Source: a virus
Lineage: Duplodnaviria; Caudoviricetes
IMG/VR virus record: IMGVR_UViG_3300028805_000055
Coordinates: 89,680-153,679 of that record
Length of the DNA stretch: 64,000 nt
Reading direction: 5' to 3' (one strand)
The notes beneath the pieces were generated by a model. The model was given only the letters and a program-made list of their open reading frames with translations. It was not told the origin of the DNA and searched no databases. Shown in pieces: positions 1 through 10,353 of the stretch. Both the position numbers and the translations under genes were made by a program. How positions within the stretch are numbered: the stretch's first letter is position 1; each line of letters starts with the position of its first letter.

Positions 1-23
1 TACTGTCTGACACCCTTGTTCGT

Positions 24-740
24 TTACTCTTCCTCTGGGTCAACAGGATTGTCCTCATCAGTCTCCTCAGCAGCCTCCTCGAAGTCTTCCTCAGTGAGCA
101 GTGCAGCAGCCTCAGCACGTGCAGCAGCCTCTGCCTCAGCCTTTGCCTTCTTCTCAGCCTCACGCTGTGGTTTGATTATGGTCTCCTGGATAATCTTGGT
201 CTCTTCCTCATTGGCGAGGCGCAAGTCCTTGGGATTGATACACCACTGTTTCTTACCATCGGAGATACAGTGTGAGCCATCGTCGTAGCTATGCTGATAG
301 ATACCCAGGACTGTTTCACCGTTGAATTTCTTGGCACTCACCAGAGTACCCTTCTTGTGGTAGTTTACCTTTGCCATACTTTTACTAATCATTTGGTTGT
401 TATTAAATAATGAAATTAAAAAATCGAATAACTGTTCAATCTCACGCACATCCCCGAATGCCTTTGCCTCGAATGCCCTTGACACCAGGACGTTTAAAAC
501 CTTGTCTGGGCTGTCTTCATTGATGAAGTGGAGTACTATGTCATCAGTAAGCCATGAGTGCGATACTGAGAGGTATAGGAGTCTCATTGGCTTTCTTACG
601 AATGGTTCAGTCCTAACCATCGTGGAGATATACACATCTGGTTTGAAGATGTTGTCTCCGATGAGTTCTTTCAGTTTATCGAAGCTGTCTGTCCATCGTT
701 TTACAGCCTTATCAAGCTCCTGTAGTTCTTTATAATTCAT
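24..740 (-). CDS. hypothetical protein, acidic C-terminal tail
   Basis: ORF; ATG at 740 chosen because the longer start lies inside the promoter. Confidence 0.75.
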   Translation of the reverse strand: MNYKELQELDKAVKRWTDSFDKLKELIGDNIFKPDVYISTMVRTEPFVRKPMRLLYLSVSHSWLTDDIVLHFINEDSPDKVLNVLVSRAFEAKAFGDVREIEQLFDFLISLFNNNQMISKSMAKVNYHKKGTLVSAKKFNGETVLGIYQHSYDDGSHCISDGKKQWCINPKDLRLANEEETKIIQETIIKPQREAEKKAKAEAEAAARAEAAALLTEEDFEEAAEETDEDNPVDPEEE

Positions 741-759
741 ACTGTATTTAAATTTCTGC

Positions 760-793
760 TGCAAAGATAAATAAAAAATTTGAGATATCCAAA
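760..793 (-). promoter_or_regulatory. Bacteroidota-type promoter with overlapping hairpin
   Basis: TTTG..TATCTTTGCA; inverted repeat aaaatttgag/ctcaaatttt. Confidence 0.8.
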
Positions 794-824
794 GAATACC
801 TCAAATTTTAACAAATATTAGTAA

Positions 825-1733
825 TTATCTTTTTACTCTATAATAATCTGGAATGGGTTTCTGGGTATTCAGAAGCTCTTCGTTACCCTCGTATGGCACA
901 CACTGTAGATAATCAACATGTCTTGTGTCTATCATGCGGAAGGGCGAAAGGTTCTGCGGATGGAATGACTCGAAGAAGTGTGGAAACCATGTGTTATGCT
1001 CTCCGTCTCTTGCAAGCACAGGAGTGAATGCCTTCATCTTGGTAAAGTCATATCTCTCACCATCGTCAGTGTTTGAGGCATGATTGAACCTGTCAATGAA
1101 TTCAAACCAATTCATGACCTTAGAACATCCATTTCCTTGGTCAATGTATATAACTCTTTGAACCTGGTCGATTAATCCGACGTTGTAGATATCACCTAGA
1201 ACAAAACCCCAAGTACCTTTATTGTTGACGCACACAACTTTGTCATTATACTTGAAATCGAAGTTCCAGTCCTCGTCATCATCATATGTCCAGTTGCCCC
1301 TATTCTTCAGCTCCTCATGGAGTTCAAACAGATACTTGGGGACAATATCATTGACAAAGTGGCAGGAGTTTTCATAGTAGGATTTCGATTCATCCTCCAT
1401 ATAGCCGTATTTCTTCCACAGACACCTCTGGTCAGTCATTCTCATAACGGAATACTTAACCCTATAGAGCCTGTCTGGAAGCTCAGTATAATGTACATGG
1501 AGACCATTATTATGTGATACGTCTGATGGTGGTATATGAACTCTACCATCGTTGGTAATCTCTATGACTGTTTCTGGATTTGCCCACGAATCCGTCTTCA
1601 TTAGACCTAGGATGGGAAACTCGCCTACTCTGTCCCAGCAGATAATTCTAACTGGTGAGTCATTGAAGAAAACCTTGGCATTACCCTTCATGATTTTCTC
1701 CTTGAATTTGATGTTAAATTTCACTTTCTTCAT
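825..1733 (-). CDS. hypothetical phage protein
   Basis: 302-aa ORF in operon. Confidence 0.8.
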   Translation of the reverse strand: MKKVKFNIKFKEKIMKGNAKVFFNDSPVRIICWDRVGEFPILGLMKTDSWANPETVIEITNDGRVHIPPSDVSHNNGLHVHYTELPDRLYRVKYSVMRMTDQRCLWKKYGYMEDESKSYYENSCHFVNDIVPKYLFELHEELKNRGNWTYDDDEDWNFDFKYNDKVVCVNNKGTWGFVLGDIYNVGLIDQVQRVIYIDQGNGCSKVMNWFEFIDRFNHASNTDDGERYDFTKMKAFTPVLARDGEHNTWFPHFFESFHPQNLSPFRMIDTRHVDYLQCVPYEGNEELLNTQKPIPDYYRVKR

Positions 1734-2277
1734 ATAGCTTTGTTGGATTAAGATTTTTATATACTTCAGTATTAATAAAGCACTCTATTACCTTATCATA
1801 ACTAGCCTCGATAATAGGAATTGCTAAGTCGGTAGTATCTTCATAATGGTAATTACATGAATCATGGAAGAGATAGAAATTATCCCCTGTATAATTGTCC
1901 TTAAACATGTGCTGTGTCATGCGGCATCGTCTTACATTCAGCCAGCATGTAAACTCCCACATCTTATCATTCACGTAATCCACCCTGGATGTTATCATGG
2001 ATGATTTCTTGAAGTAGAATGTCTTTAAGTCACCCCACCCATAGAAGTTTTGGCTGAAATAGGCATCCCACAGGTGGCGTTCTCTAGTGACGCAATGATA
2101 GAAGAAATTCTCAAATACAGCAAGAATTTCGAACTTGAATGGGCAGAATGCGATGTATTCTCCCAGGTCAACCTCTATGTAGTCCTTACCGAACTTATAG
2201 TTTCTTAACTTAATACTGTCGTGTAGATTCTCCACGAACGTTTTATTCCTGTCGTAATATTGGTTATATGTGTTCAT
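1714..2277 (-). CDS. hypothetical protein
   Basis: 187-aa ORF, coupled to neighbours. Confidence 0.75.
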   Translation of the reverse strand: MNTYNQYYDRNKTFVENLHDSIKLRNYKFGKDYIEVDLGEYIAFCPFKFEILAVFENFFYHCVTRERHLWDAYFSQNFYGWGDLKTFYFKKSSMITSRVDYVNDKMWEFTCWLNVRRCRMTQHMFKDNYTGDNFYLFHDSCNYHYEDTTDLAIPIIEASYDKVIECFINTEVYKNLNPTKLYEESEI

Positions 2278-2279
2278 GA

Positions 2280-2636
2280 TTAAAATGGCATTTCTGGTCT
2301 TTCAGCTTCTATTACCACTATAGGTCTGGTGTCTTCCAGACACCTCGTCTCTGGATTCCACCTCATATGTTTTCTTTCCAATGCATCAAAGAGTAATTTC
2401 TTCTCCCTGTTGTTGGCAAGTTTAAAATCTCTACCCTCAACATATCCTATACCAGTCCTGGTGATAGTGGTTACATCATATAAATTGTGCCTGTTTATCA
2501 AGGCATGATACACTATAGCATGTCTGACTTCACGTCCAAACTCAGATGTTACGAGTCTGGCATAGATGAATATCCAGTTTCTTGTAACTATGACATCACC
2601 TTCCTTGTATGTTGCTAAAAAATCATCCTTCTCCAT
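2280..2636 (-). CDS. hypothetical protein (A..E...L...L...GY.WN family)
   Basis: motif shared with ORFs at 3766, 11554, 22237, 23100. Confidence 0.75.
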   Translation of the reverse strand: MEKDDFLATYKEGDVIVTRNWIFIYARLVTSEFGREVRHAIVYHALINRHNLYDVTTITRTGIGYVEGRDFKLANNREKKLLFDALERKHMRWNPETRCLEDTRPIVVIEAERPEMPF

Positions 2637-2905
2637 GTTCTATATGAATTAATTGTTTGTTCTCTGCATCCCACCTAAGCCCCTTCTTCTCCAGTGTATC
2701 AAAAAACAACTTTCTTCTACTGTTAGGAGCTTGGGCTATATTGGTATAATCCTCAATACATCCAAGACCAGGGCGAGGTGGCATGTTAATTTTTATAAAC
2801 TCTGTAACTCAGAATTATGTATAAACAAAAAATTTCCACTTTGGTTATGTGGTACTGCATTTGGATTAAGATAAATCTTCATTGGTGCTTCATTTGCTTT
2901 CATAG

Positions 2906-3253
2906 TCAAATCAAATTTTTAAGTGTATGCAAAATGCCTGCCTCAACTGCTTGTTCATAAGAAGTGTACAGTATTTTATCTACATAAGGATTACGCGCAG
3001 TTCTGGGAGTAATAACAAAAACTTGATAAAGCCAATGAATAACATCCCAAATAGAACAGATGTCGATATGAATATTATGCACTTCCCTCAACCAGCGCAT
3101 AGCCCTTTGTTGAGTACAAGTGGTTACTGCTTCAGATGTCCCGTCACCGTTGTTCTTTTGGATATAATGTGTGAAGCACTCTTTATCCATTCCTTTTTCC
3201 TTTAGTAATTCTGCAATTTCAGGGTTGCAGTATGCTTCTTTTATCATAATCAA
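2906..3253 (-). CDS. hypothetical phage protein
   Basis: 115-aa ORF. Confidence 0.75.
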   Translation of the reverse strand: MIMIKEAYCNPEIAELLKEKGMDKECFTHYIQKNNGDGTSEAVTTCTQQRAMRWLREVHNIHIDICSIWDVIHWLYQVFVITPRTARNPYVDKILYTSYEQAVEAGILHTLKNLI

Positions 3254-3636
3254 TCAATTTTATACATTCCTTCTGGTGCTTCAAGAGCAAGACCTTTCTC
3301 AATTAATCCGCGATAGTCAAAATGATGGGCATTGAGCCAATCTAAAGTGTCATAGGAAGGTATCAACGGTCCTTTAAATAAATGTATACCAACTCCCAAT
3401 ACAGAAAATTCCTTTAGTTCTTCCTCAGTCATACTTGACATTGGACGGAGATATGGTTTAATGTCTTTAATATTATTGTAATAAAATGCATTAAGTAGCA
3501 CATCCGCATAATTATGCTTTAAATCTAACAATCCTTCTTCAGTTGTTCCATCTTTAAGCCATATCTTACACTTTACATGATAAGACAATCTTGCACTTAA
3601 ATCCTTTAAAAGGAGTTCTTTATCTTCTTGTGACAT
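3250..3636 (-). CDS. hypothetical phage protein
   Basis: ORF from MSQEDKELLLKDL; start uncertain. Confidence 0.75.
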   Translation of the reverse strand: MSQEDKELLLKDLSARLSYHVKCKIWLKDGTTEEGLLDLKHNYADVLLNAFYYNNIKDIKPYLRPMSSMTEEELKEFSVLGVGIHLFKGPLIPSYDTLDWLNAHHFDYRGLIEKGLALEAPEGMYKID

Positions 3637-3765
3637 AAATCTTATTTGTTTACTTTGTTTTGTCATTAATACCAATGTATTATCCTAATAGAATACCTAT
3701 TATAAATCCGATAAATGTAAAAGTTTGAACAAATCCTAATCCTACCATAATTTTACTTATTTACT

Positions 3766-5577
3766 TTAATATGTATTTCTCTTTTTTAAATACCCTATTG
3801 CAGCACTCCAGCCATCATCAAATGTAGGCTCGCTACTATGATATTCAATTTTGTCAAGAGCATCATTATAAGCATCCTTTTTCGCTTGAGCAAGCTCTTC
3901 ATCAGTAATATTGGTTTGAGGCTGAATACGTTCTTTGAGCCAATTAATTAATTTATCCGCATTTCGCCCATCACCTCTCATTGTATGAATCATAGCTTCA
4001 ATATCAGAAAAATTGTATTTATCTTCTTCACTCCATTCTTTACTTGGTACAAGTTCTAAGAGAATGTTTGCTTGCTTTTTTATTGTATTTGTATCATTTG
4101 GGTCTAATCCTGCATATTGGCCAAAGAAAGAGCCACCTATGTACATCATTGCATTTTCAAAGTCAGTTAATTCGCCTGTATTTTCTTGCTTCCACTCTTG
4201 CTTTGGCTGTACCAGACCTTTGAGGGATTCGAGCCAATCAGAAAATTCCTTTCTTGAATTACAATATGGAGTAGAATAAATTAAATTATGTATTCCTCTA
4301 TACATTCTTTCATCCTCTTCACTCCATTCTTGCTTTGGTTGTGGCTGTACTCTGTCTTTGAGCCAATTAATATCTTTATCATATTCTTTTTTGCAAGGAT
4401 ATTGTTCCGAACAATATTCTATTGAAGAAAGAATTGAGTTGTACCTTCTTATATCCTCGTCATTCAAAGCATGGTTCTGCTCATCCATAGCGGACTTTTG
4501 TTCAATCTTCTTCAATTCTTTCTTCTCAGCATCCCACTCATATCCTGCTTCTTTCATTTTCTGAAATAAGAGGTCACGCTGTTCTTTGGTGGCTGGATAA
4601 GGCTCTTTATATGTAAAATAATTACCGATAGCACATTCAGTAAAGCGTAATCCATCATGAGTTTTGTAGATTCCACAATATGCACAAACTCTACCTCTTA
4701 AATCAAGTTTCCCATTATATATAAAAATCTTATCTTTATCTTCAGCTGCAAGCACATCACCAGCCTTTGCATCTGCAATACTCCAAAGATGATAGTTGTT
4801 CTCGATGGCAGTATGTGCTATTGTATGGTGATACCCTAAAATATCAACAACTTTATAATCAAGAGGGCTGGGTTTAGCAACTTTAATAATATTTCTTCTT
4901 TCATTGTGAACAAGCCAATCTCCAACTTTTGGTTCAACCTTATCAGTAGACTTCTGCTCAATCTTCCTCAACTCTTTTTTCTCAAAGTCAAAGATATATC
5001 CAGCATCAGCCATTGCTTTCATCAGAGTATCGCGCTGTTCTTTGGTGGCAGGATGCAACAGTGGTACGTCGTTTGTTTTTCCCCAGTAAAAATCTTTTTC
5101 TTGTATTTTAAATTTTCCACTATCAGCAACACAATGATAATCAACTACATCTTCATACTTTTTATTTCCTATCTTTCTAAACAATATTACACTAGCATCA
5201 TCTGCAAGCACATCGCCATCCTTTGCATCTTGGATTGTCCAAAGTCTTGCATCATTTTCCAACGAATAATGCGTACAAGAATACTCTTTACCTTCATTTG
5301 TCTTATAGGCATAAGTATTATCTAATACTTTCATTATTTGAAATATAGTGCCATCTTCATTATCTATGCACCAGTCGCCAACATTGAACTTTATCCTCTC
5401 GTCATCTGACTCTACAAGTTCGGGAAAAAGTTTTGCATACATGCCTCTTATGCCATCTTTTGTAAGATGATTGCAGATATAGTCATCAGCCAAGCAATCA
5501 AGTGCTAATTTTGCGCAATCCAAAGCCTCGTCATATCTTTGGGCTTTTTCTTCTATTGTAAGTTCTTTCATATGCAT
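3766..5577 (-). CDS. repeat-containing hypothetical protein
   Basis: two ~150-aa internal repeats and three WLK..VQP..EW repeats. Confidence 0.85.
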   Translation of the reverse strand: MHMKELTIEEKAQRYDEALDCAKLALDCLADDYICNHLTKDGIRGMYAKLFPELVESDDERIKFNVGDWCIDNEDGTIFQIMKVLDNTYAYKTNEGKEYSCTHYSLENDARLWTIQDAKDGDVLADDASVILFRKIGNKKYEDVVDYHCVADSGKFKIQEKDFYWGKTNDVPLLHPATKEQRDTLMKAMADAGYIFDFEKKELRKIEQKSTDKVEPKVGDWLVHNERRNIIKVAKPSPLDYKVVDILGYHHTIAHTAIENNYHLWSIADAKAGDVLAAEDKDKIFIYNGKLDLRGRVCAYCGIYKTHDGLRFTECAIGNYFTYKEPYPATKEQRDLLFQKMKEAGYEWDAEKKELKKIEQKSAMDEQNHALNDEDIRRYNSILSSIEYCSEQYPCKKEYDKDINWLKDRVQPQPKQEWSEEDERMYRGIHNLIYSTPYCNSRKEFSDWLESLKGLVQPKQEWKQENTGELTDFENAMMYIGGSFFGQYAGLDPNDTNTIKKQANILLELVPSKEWSEEDKYNFSDIEAMIHTMRGDGRNADKLINWLKERIQPQTNITDEELAQAKKDAYNDALDKIEYHSSEPTFDDGWSAAIGYLKKRNTY

Positions 5578-5595
5578 TTAATTTATAATTTCAGT

Positions 5596-5629
5596 TGCAA
5601 AGTTATACAAAAAAAATGGGATAACCAAA
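5596..5629 (-). promoter_or_regulatory. Bacteroidota-type promoter fused to terminator-like hairpin
   Basis: TTTG..TAACTTTGCA; atgggataa/ttatcccat. Confidence 0.8.
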
Positions 5630-5657
5630 TATTATCCCATCTTTTAAGATTTATTAA

Positions 5658-5819
5658 CTACTGACCCTTGATTATGGGTCGTACTATTGGCTGATTCTTT
5701 TTCTTATTGCCGTGCTTCTTTTCAAACCACTTTGCTACCTTCATCATCGTCTCGTAGGTGGTGTATACAGTTCCTGCTACCGCAACAACCGTATTGATTT
5801 TCTTAATGAGTCCTAGCAT
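5658..5819 (-). CDS. small basic protein (53 aa)
   Basis: MLGLIKKINTVV..., read manually; fills intergenic gap. Confidence 0.65.
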   Translation of the reverse strand: MLGLIKKINTVVAVAGTVYTTYETMMKVAKWFEKKHGNKKKNQPIVRPIIKGQ

Positions 5820-5831
5820 ACTGATTATTGT

Positions 5832-6191
5832 TTACTCTATCGGTAATTGTCTTTGAATATTATACAGGGTGTCGTAGAAATATGACTTATTATCACTTAC
5901 AATATCACACCATTCCAGATACTCGTCATATAGGATGCTGGTAGCACCAAGGAAATCCTCTGGGTCTGAGGGACGCATCCATGCACCCTCATAGCTGGAG
6001 GTACTGCATATACCAGCCTTGTAGATATTCCATTTGCCTTTCTTCTTCATCCATTTCATGAACAAAGACCTTGTTACGGCAATCTGGTAGCTATCGCTGT
6101 TTACCTTTCTGTTTTTTGGCAGCTTCATGAGATTTTCCAAGTTCTTCAACTCTCTTTCGGAAATCCCCAATTCCTTCAACATCTTCTCCAT
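5832..6191 (-). CDS. hypothetical protein (F..FLK..G.W family)
   Basis: 119-aa ORF. Confidence 0.7.
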   Translation of the reverse strand: MEKMLKELGISERELKNLENLMKLPKNRKVNSDSYQIAVTRSLFMKWMKKKGKWNIYKAGICSTSSYEGAWMRPSDPEDFLGATSILYDEYLEWCDIVSDNKSYFYDTLYNIQRQLPIE

Positions 6192-6408
6192 TGAATTTAA
6201 TTCCTATTACGATTTTTTCTGATAATGGTTTACCTGGCTCTAGCTTCAGTACCGTCACACTAATGTTCGTCCTGTACCATTTCACACTCTTGAAATGATA
6301 TGTAATTCTCCTACCCTCGTCCTCACGCTTAGCAGTGAAGCCGAAGAAACTGGCATCCTCCAGGATTTCCTTTACTGTGTCGTATTTAATGAATCCGCTA
6401 TCTTCCAT
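6091..6408 (-). CDS. hypothetical protein, probably leaderless
   Basis: ATG 4 nt after -7 box; overlaps next gene by ~100 nt. Confidence 0.6.
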   Translation of the reverse strand: MEDSGFIKYDTVKEILEDASFFGFTAKREDEGRRITYHFKSVKWYRTNISVTVLKLEPGKPLSEKIVIGIKFNGEDVEGIGDFRKRVEELGKSHEAAKKQKGKQR

Positions 6409-6410
6409 GC

Positions 6411-6444
6411 TGCAAAGATATACAAAATATTCCTAATAACCAAA
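6411..6444 (-). promoter_or_regulatory. Bacteroidota-type promoter
   Basis: TTTG..TATCTTTGCA. Confidence 0.8.
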
Positions 6445-6458
6445 GAAATTAAGGATTT

Positions 6459-6713
6459 TTAAGAAGTTTTTGGTGTAATCTCCTCAATCATCATGGTAAC
6501 AGCATAACGTTTTGCTTGTTCTCCTGTTTTCTTAGGCTTTAGTGAATTGAACATAGGACCAGTGATGTTGATTAAATCACTCGGCTCTCCTTGGAAGTAT
6601 GACTTTGCAATCACCTTCTTGGGTTCTTCCTCCAGGGCTTCTTTCACCTGTTGGTTCTTCTCCATTTTTTCTCTTAAGCCTTCAATAGCTTTCATTACAT
6701 CAGCCTCAGCCAT
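6459..6713 (-). CDS. hypothetical protein
   Basis: 84-aa ORF. Confidence 0.7.
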   Translation of the reverse strand: MAEADVMKAIEGLREKMEKNQQVKEALEEEPKKVIAKSYFQGEPSDLINITGPMFNSLKPKKTGEQAKRYAVTMMIEEITPKTS

Positions 6714-6718
6714 AGTTG

Positions 6719-7246
6719 TTACATTTTACTGTTTAATACTTCAGAAACGATATTTCCCTTAACGTTAGGGAACTTAGCCTTTACCACAGGCATAATCTTG
6801 CCCATGTCCTTTATTGAGAGTTTGTAGCCCTCTGGTTGCTCTGAGAGATACTTGTCAATTGTTTCGCTTACAAACGCCTTGATGTCGTCCTCTGTAGGCT
6901 GCGCTGGTGTGAATTCCTTGATAACATCAAGCTCGCCCTGTTCAATAGCAGCAAGGTCTTCTCTCTTTGCCTCCTTATATTTCTCTATAGTCTTATTCCT
7001 CTGCTCAGCCATTTCAAGCAGAATGCCAGTCTCCTGGTCTTCGGTAAGAACATACTTAGCCTTGGGGTTCTTATTGATGAACTCCGACTTTATTAGTTTG
7101 AGAGTCTTTATTCTCTCATTAACCTCTTTAACTACACCTTCCTCCTCTGCTGTTTTCTCCTTTTTGGTAAGCAGTGGTGCGTTCTCTTCCATAAGTTTCT
7201 GCAAGGCTTTCTCCACCTTGGCAAGAATTGTAACATTTGTGTCCAT
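6719..7246 (-). CDS. GatB/YqeY domain protein
   Basis: R..IE.Y..A.REDLA..E..E..VI.EF.P and KDMGKIM motifs. Confidence 0.85.
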   Translation of the reverse strand: MDTNVTILAKVEKALQKLMEENAPLLTKKEKTAEEEGVVKEVNERIKTLKLIKSEFINKNPKAKYVLTEDQETGILLEMAEQRNKTIEKYKEAKREDLAAIEQGELDVIKEFTPAQPTEDDIKAFVSETIDKYLSEQPEGYKLSIKDMGKIMPVVKAKFPNVKGNIVSEVLNSKM

Positions 7247-7258
7247 ATAATTTACTAA

Positions 7259-7951
7259 TTAGTTTTCGTTAAAAGACCAGAGGAATCCCTTATACTGGTC
7301 GCTCCTACCGCTGCAACACCTTGATACACAGGAGGGTGAGAAACCTCCGTCAGATGTTGCCATAATGCTTTCCCATGTATTCACGAGATTTCCCTCTGTG
7401 TCATATTGATATACTTTCTTCTTCTCCCTTCCTCCCTTTGTCCTAGGGTACAAATCTTGACTTCTCTTGAAGTGTTCGATTGTAAGTGGTTTATTAAGGT
7501 TCTCTTTATGCGTCATTACACACAGGTTATCAAGGTTGTTATTCTCTCTGTTTGTGTCCTTATGGCAGACTATTAATCCTTCTGGGACTTCACCCCTAAA
7601 GGTTATCCATACAAGATAGTGTATATACATATGTTTGCCCTTAACCTGGTCGTTTGAGAGTGACACATGCATATACCCACTAGCGGGAAGCTTCCCTGGC
7701 TTGAGGAGTTTTCCGAACTTGTTCATGACCTCTCCCTTCTCGTTTATCCTATACGATTCAAAGCCTGGTATCGGCTTCCATTCTTCGTCGGATATAGAGG
7801 CAGAGACCTCTTCTATTCGTCTAAGGGTGACAGACTCGTAATACTTCTGCTTTACGGTCTGCCTTACCCTCTCCTTATTTTCCCTATACCAATCCTTTCG
7901 GTAATGCGGGTGAGTTTCACGCCATTTTCTTGCCTGTTCTGGTTTAGCCAT
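7259..7951 (-). CDS. NUMOD4-HNH-NUMOD1 homing endonuclease
   Basis: EEWKPIPGF; VCHKDTNRENNNLDNL; KKVYQYDTEGNLV. Confidence 0.9.
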   Translation of the reverse strand: MAKPEQARKWRETHPHYRKDWYRENKERVRQTVKQKYYESVTLRRIEEVSASISDEEWKPIPGFESYRINEKGEVMNKFGKLLKPGKLPASGYMHVSLSNDQVKGKHMYIHYLVWITFRGEVPEGLIVCHKDTNRENNNLDNLCVMTHKENLNKPLTIEHFKRSQDLYPRTKGGREKKKVYQYDTEGNLVNTWESIMATSDGGFSPSCVSRCCSGRSDQYKGFLWSFNEN

Positions 7952-7953
7952 AA

Positions 7954-9018
7954 TTAACGTGGATATCCACCATGATTCTCCATATCCAGGGCTACAACCG
8001 TCTTCGCTGTCATATTGATAAGCGATTCAAGGTCTCTGTAGTCACAGACCTCAGCCTGGGTGTGCATATTCCTGTTAGGAATTGACAGGAGCTGTGTGAT
8101 ACAGTTTGATGATGCCTGTCTGATATACACTGTGTTAGTGCCCCAAGCAGGTGCTATAAACTCCTGGTATGGAATGTTATTTTTATTGCAAACAGCCTTG
8201 ATGAACTTGGTGAAATACGGATGGTTGTTTACACCATGAGCGATACATCCACCCTTACCAAGCTTGATGTCACCCCACTCATTAGCATCAGCGTGACCGT
8301 CATCTGTAGAGAATGTCACATCAAAGTCGATGGAGTAGTCTGGGTCAATACCAGCAGCAGCAACTATTGCTCCAGTGGCTGTGGTCTCCTCCTGTGTACA
8401 TGCAACGAAATACACGCACAGGTTATCAAGTGATGATTCCTTAGACAGAATTTCTGCTACCTCTGCAATGATGAAGATACCTGCCTTGTCATCAAGACCA
8501 CGACCAGCCACTCTGTTGACACCGATATCAAACGGTTCTCCATGAACAAGGGCAATGTCACCAATGTTCACGATTGCAGCAGCTTCTTCCTTGGTCTCAG
8601 CACCGATATCAATCTTCAAATCCTTGATTTCCAGCACCTTATTCTTCTCCTCACCCTTCTCGATGTGGATTGCTGCCTTACCAATGACACCATCGATGAT
8701 GCCAGTTGAAGTGAGAACCTTCACACGAGAACCAGGAAGCACCTTCTTGTCAATGCCTCCATCAGCCACGAAGTGAAGAAATCCCTTATCATCAATATTC
8801 TGAATTTGGAGAGCAATCTCGTCAATGTGTGCCGAAAGCATCAGCTTGGCTTCTGCCTCTGGATTACCCATCATGTAGATTGTGTTACCAGCATTGTCAC
8901 GCTTAACAAGTGTGGCAAACTTGTTCATGTGGTCAGCAAACACATTGGATGCACTGCCCTCGTAACCACTTGGACTTGATGCACTCAAGAGTGCATGTAA
9001 AAATTCTCTGTTAATCAT
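7954..9018 (-). CDS. M42 family aminopeptidase
   Basis: SPSGYE, AHIDE, LDDKAG, QEE, MHT motifs. Confidence 0.9.
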   Translation of the reverse strand: MINREFLHALLSASSPSGYEGSASNVFADHMNKFATLVKRDNAGNTIYMMGNPEAEAKLMLSAHIDEIALQIQNIDDKGFLHFVADGGIDKKVLPGSRVKVLTSTGIIDGVIGKAAIHIEKGEEKNKVLEIKDLKIDIGAETKEEAAAIVNIGDIALVHGEPFDIGVNRVAGRGLDDKAGIFIIAEVAEILSKESSLDNLCVYFVACTQEETTATGAIVAAAGIDPDYSIDFDVTFSTDDGHADANEWGDIKLGKGGCIAHGVNNHPYFTKFIKAVCNKNNIPYQEFIAPAWGTNTVYIRQASSNCITQLLSIPNRNMHTQAEVCDYRDLESLINMTAKTVVALDMENHGGYPR

Positions 9019-9478
9019 TACCTAATAAATCTTTATATTTTTCAAAATACTCCTTTACTTCTTCACTACCTCTAATACCATTTGTCTTAATGGCATCAAT
9101 AATATTGAAGCGTGTAATGTCTTTAATACAATCATTTGCAAAATCTATGGAATCCATGTTGTCTAACAGATAGAATCTCCATAGCTGCGATAGTTGTAAG
9201 TTCCTTTTGTATTGTTCGCTTTTCCTGTTTTCTTCCTTATACATGAAGTCATCGTCATCATAGACTATATATGGACTCCAGGTAAGCCAGAAATCTCCTA
9301 ACGTAGTATACTTCCCTTTTTTTATGTCCTTATGGGTTGGAACATGAGCGATTGCACGTTTAGTGTATAGCTTATGAAACAACCCATGTTTCTTCAAGAA
9401 ACTGTAGAAGATTTTGAAGAATGGAGTACTATCGTTGAAAGCGTTATCTATGGCTATTATGCGTCTTACCTTTGCCAT
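9011..9478 (-). CDS. hypothetical protein (F..FLK..G family)
   Basis: 155-aa ORF. Confidence 0.75.
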   Translation of the reverse strand: MAKVRRIIAIDNAFNDSTPFFKIFYSFLKKHGLFHKLYTKRAIAHVPTHKDIKKGKYTTLGDFWLTWSPYIVYDDDDFMYKEENRKSEQYKRNLQLSQLWRFYLLDNMDSIDFANDCIKDITRFNIIDAIKTNGIRGSEEVKEYFEKYKDLLGND

Positions 9479-9498
9479 ACGCCTCCTTCTCCTCCTTA

Positions 9499-10353
9499 TT
9501 AACTAAACTCCCTCTTGAAGGGCTTGAAGTTACCCTCTGGGTTATGTGCTCCGTTCGTTGATGGCAGGTTGATAATGGCGAATACAATCTCCTTGAACAG
9601 GTTCTTGTATTCCTCACTATCAATCACCTCATGGAACAGCTTGGCTACAATCTTCGGTGGAGTGCCATAAGCACCACAGCCGAATGCGCTAAGCACGATG
9701 GAGTCATTACCATTCTCTAGAGCTATGTCAAATATCTGCTTTATCTTTCCCCTTAGGGTATCCTTTACCCAGTCAGCAACGTCTCCAGTCTCATCAACAG
9801 TAGGTTTCCTTACTGCTGGAAGTGTGATAACGTCAATCTTGAACGGGTCATCCATTATACGGCAGTTCTCGTCCTCTGACTTCCTAAACACAGTCACGTT
9901 AGGGGTATAGATACCGCCATAGTGCATTTCAAGCGGGTATCTCTCCTCACGCTGTGGAATGTGATAGTTAGTACCTACCTCATGGAACTGATAGAGTGAC
10001 ATAAAGATATTGGTACGTCTGAAGATGCTCTCTTCCTGTGCGGCAGAGCCTTTCTCTACACCACCTCCAGGAGTGTGGAATGATGCCATGTTAAGCACTG
10101 CTGGCTTCAGACCAAGCTTCACCATAGCCTGTGCTGCATCAAGGCAGTCGCTGTCCATGATGGCTATATGGGTCTCATACTTAGGCAGGAGGTCATGATG
10201 AAGATTCACCTTAGTACTATAGAACTTGGTGTTGTTCTTCATATCCTCCATATCATCAAACTTTACGTCGATGTTTCTGATAGAATATCCCTTAGCCTTT
10301 ACCAGTCTAACGGTATTTCTAAAAATGTTGACTCTTTCTTCCTTTGTCATCAT
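9499..10353 (-). CDS. TIGR02452/DUF2263 PARG-like macrodomain protein
   Basis: LNMAS..PGGG..G..AQEE and LSAFGCGAY motifs. Confidence 0.9.
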   Translation of the reverse strand: MMTKEERVNIFRNTVRLVKAKGYSIRNIDVKFDDMEDMKNNTKFYSTKVNLHHDLLPKYETHIAIMDSDCLDAAQAMVKLGLKPAVLNMASFHTPGGGVEKGSAAQEESIFRRTNIFMSLYQFHEVGTNYHIPQREERYPLEMHYGGIYTPNVTVFRKSEDENCRIMDDPFKIDVITLPAVRKPTVDETGDVADWVKDTLRGKIKQIFDIALENGNDSIVLSAFGCGAYGTPPKIVAKLFHEVIDSEEYKNLFKEIVFAIINLPSTNGAHNPEGNFKPFKREFS

